This document shows positions 62,507-64,000 of a stretch of 64,000 nt of DNA, piece by piece. The number at the start of each line of letters is the position of its first letter. Within the stretch, counting starts at the first letter, position 1. The notes beneath the pieces were generated by a model. The model did no database searches, was not told where the DNA came from, and was given only the letters and a program-made list of their open reading frames with translations. Origin of the DNA: Lepidodermella squamata. Its lineage: Eukaryota; Animalia; Gastrotricha. A program made the position numbers and the translations under genes. The stretch lies in the NCBI GenBank assembly GCA_047495785.1, contig JBLDXI010000002.1:682001-746000 (forward strand). The letters run 5' to 3'.

Positions 62507-64000
62507 TCACCAAAAAATAACAACAGCTGCGCCCAGGTTCACCAAAATGAGTAGGAAAACCGTGGTTAGAAAAACTAAAATATCCCACATTCGGACGAAT
62601 CGAAGGGTGTATTTATCGCGGATGAACGACAGATTGACGCGTAGGTTGGCGAGGCCTTGTTTGTTTGTGCAAAAGCAGCACGTAGCCATGTCGTAGATGG
62701 TTACCAAGGCTGTGATGCCGATGAACATCATCAGGTAGTCGGCGAGTAGGATTCGCTGGGAAGTTCGAGGAACCTCCTCTAAAACGGATGATTGCGCCAC
62801 TACAAAAGCAAGCAAAACCTGTGAAAAATGTAAATATAAAAAATCAGTGAACAACATTTATATTTAGGTTCGAAGAATTTGAAAAATTTTAAATTTTAAA
62901 TTTTAATTAGATGACGCCAAAATATTTAAAATTTAATATTTGATTTTGTTTAATTTTTTTAAACAAATTTTTAAATTCGAAAATTGAGGAAATTTCGAAA
63001 ATTCGAAAAATCGAAAAATGAATTTTTTAAATATTTTAGTTGGCTACTTTGTAGAGTTATGACTCACCGTACAAGTTGTAACCGGGCGATCAGGCTTGTC
63101 CGGCGGCATTAGGAATGACCCAAGGACGATAATCATGAGAATGGCACTGGGTGCTAACAAATTGCACATGTAGTAATTCACATTACGCTTGAAAGTTAGC
63201 GAGAACTTTGCGAAGCCCGCCTTTCCATTTTTTATTATCGGCGAATCAGTCTCACCCATCGACCAATACCTTGTATTCACGTACCACTCATCATTCGGCA
63301 GCACGTAAGGCCCTCGGAGGTAGACCCCGGCGAATTTCAGAAAAACCGAAGGTTCTTTAAGCAGAAACGTGAAGTCACATGTTTGCTCATCGAACGGAAA
63401 TTTCCGAAGATCCAACTCGCATTTCGCATTGAAAATCCCGATCCGGGTCCAGTAGAAGAAAAGGGTTCGGTAGACCTTTGTCGGTAAGTACAGAACTTGC
63501 ATGTCTGACCCGTATTGCGTCGATTGCATGAAAACGTCATCCGAAGAATTCGCGAGCATCGCCTTCGGGTGCCATACCATTTTTTCATCGACGACAAAAA
63601 CCCGTTCGGAATCTTCGACCCCAGGCGCAGTGTCATTTGCTGAGCACGTCATGACAGGCCATTGAAGATAGACACTTGCGGAAATCGAAGCGATTTGGTC
63701 GATATCGGCGATTTTCAGTAGTCGATCAATTGTCAGGGTCATGTAGACATTTGTGGCGTTATCTTCATCCGGAGCCCTCGCGGTTGGGGCAATTTTCGGG
63801 CATTCCAAAAGTTGGTCAAGGGTTACTATCGGTTTAGGATGGCCGTTTATCAGCGGTGGAATCGGGAACCCAGTTTCAGGATGCTCCATTTCAGTTGGAA
63901 AGGACCATTCATCGCTTAGATTCGTCGCATTGGTCGAAGTCAAAGCTTTTTGGCTCGCTGCCAAGGTCGTAGTAGTTATCACAGCCGAGGTTGTAGCATC
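62507..64000 (-). CDS. Orphan Cys-loop channel subunit 4, 5'-truncated by the window edge (exons >64000-63068, 62818-62507)
   Basis: Thr-rich segment, Cys-loop CELDLRKFPFDEQTC, M2 PDRPVTTCTVLLAFVVAQSS and M3/M4. Confidence 0.85.

Overview
Eukaryotic DNA from a compact, gene-dense invertebrate metazoan genome. It has GT-AG introns, many only 47-100 bp, and no rRNA, tRNA or CRISPR that I can see. The taxon cannot be determined from the sequence. The window is dominated by tandemly expanded families of cell-surface and secreted proteins. In order: an ankyrin-repeat cluster (3 genes, one with an early stop, plus a fragment); two single-Sushi membrane genes; an L-type-lectin-like single-pass receptor; a Bax-inhibitor-1 gene; five secreted GABA-B-like Venus-flytrap-only genes plus a remnant, with a degenerate MULE inside the array; an HCN channel; a second L-type-lectin receptor; and four orphan Cys-loop channel subunits. 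One of these channel genes (44675-48039) splices in frame into signal peptide + two L-type-lectin-like domains + Thr-rich linker + complete pentameric channel subunit. Also present: a secreted ankyrin protein, an AIG1/GIMAP-like protein with a Cys/Asp tail and CaaX box, five more Sushi genes (TM or predicted GPI), and several MITEs/foldback repeats. Exon boundaries were inferred by hand from splice signals and frame continuity. Domain calls come from motif recognition, not database searches.
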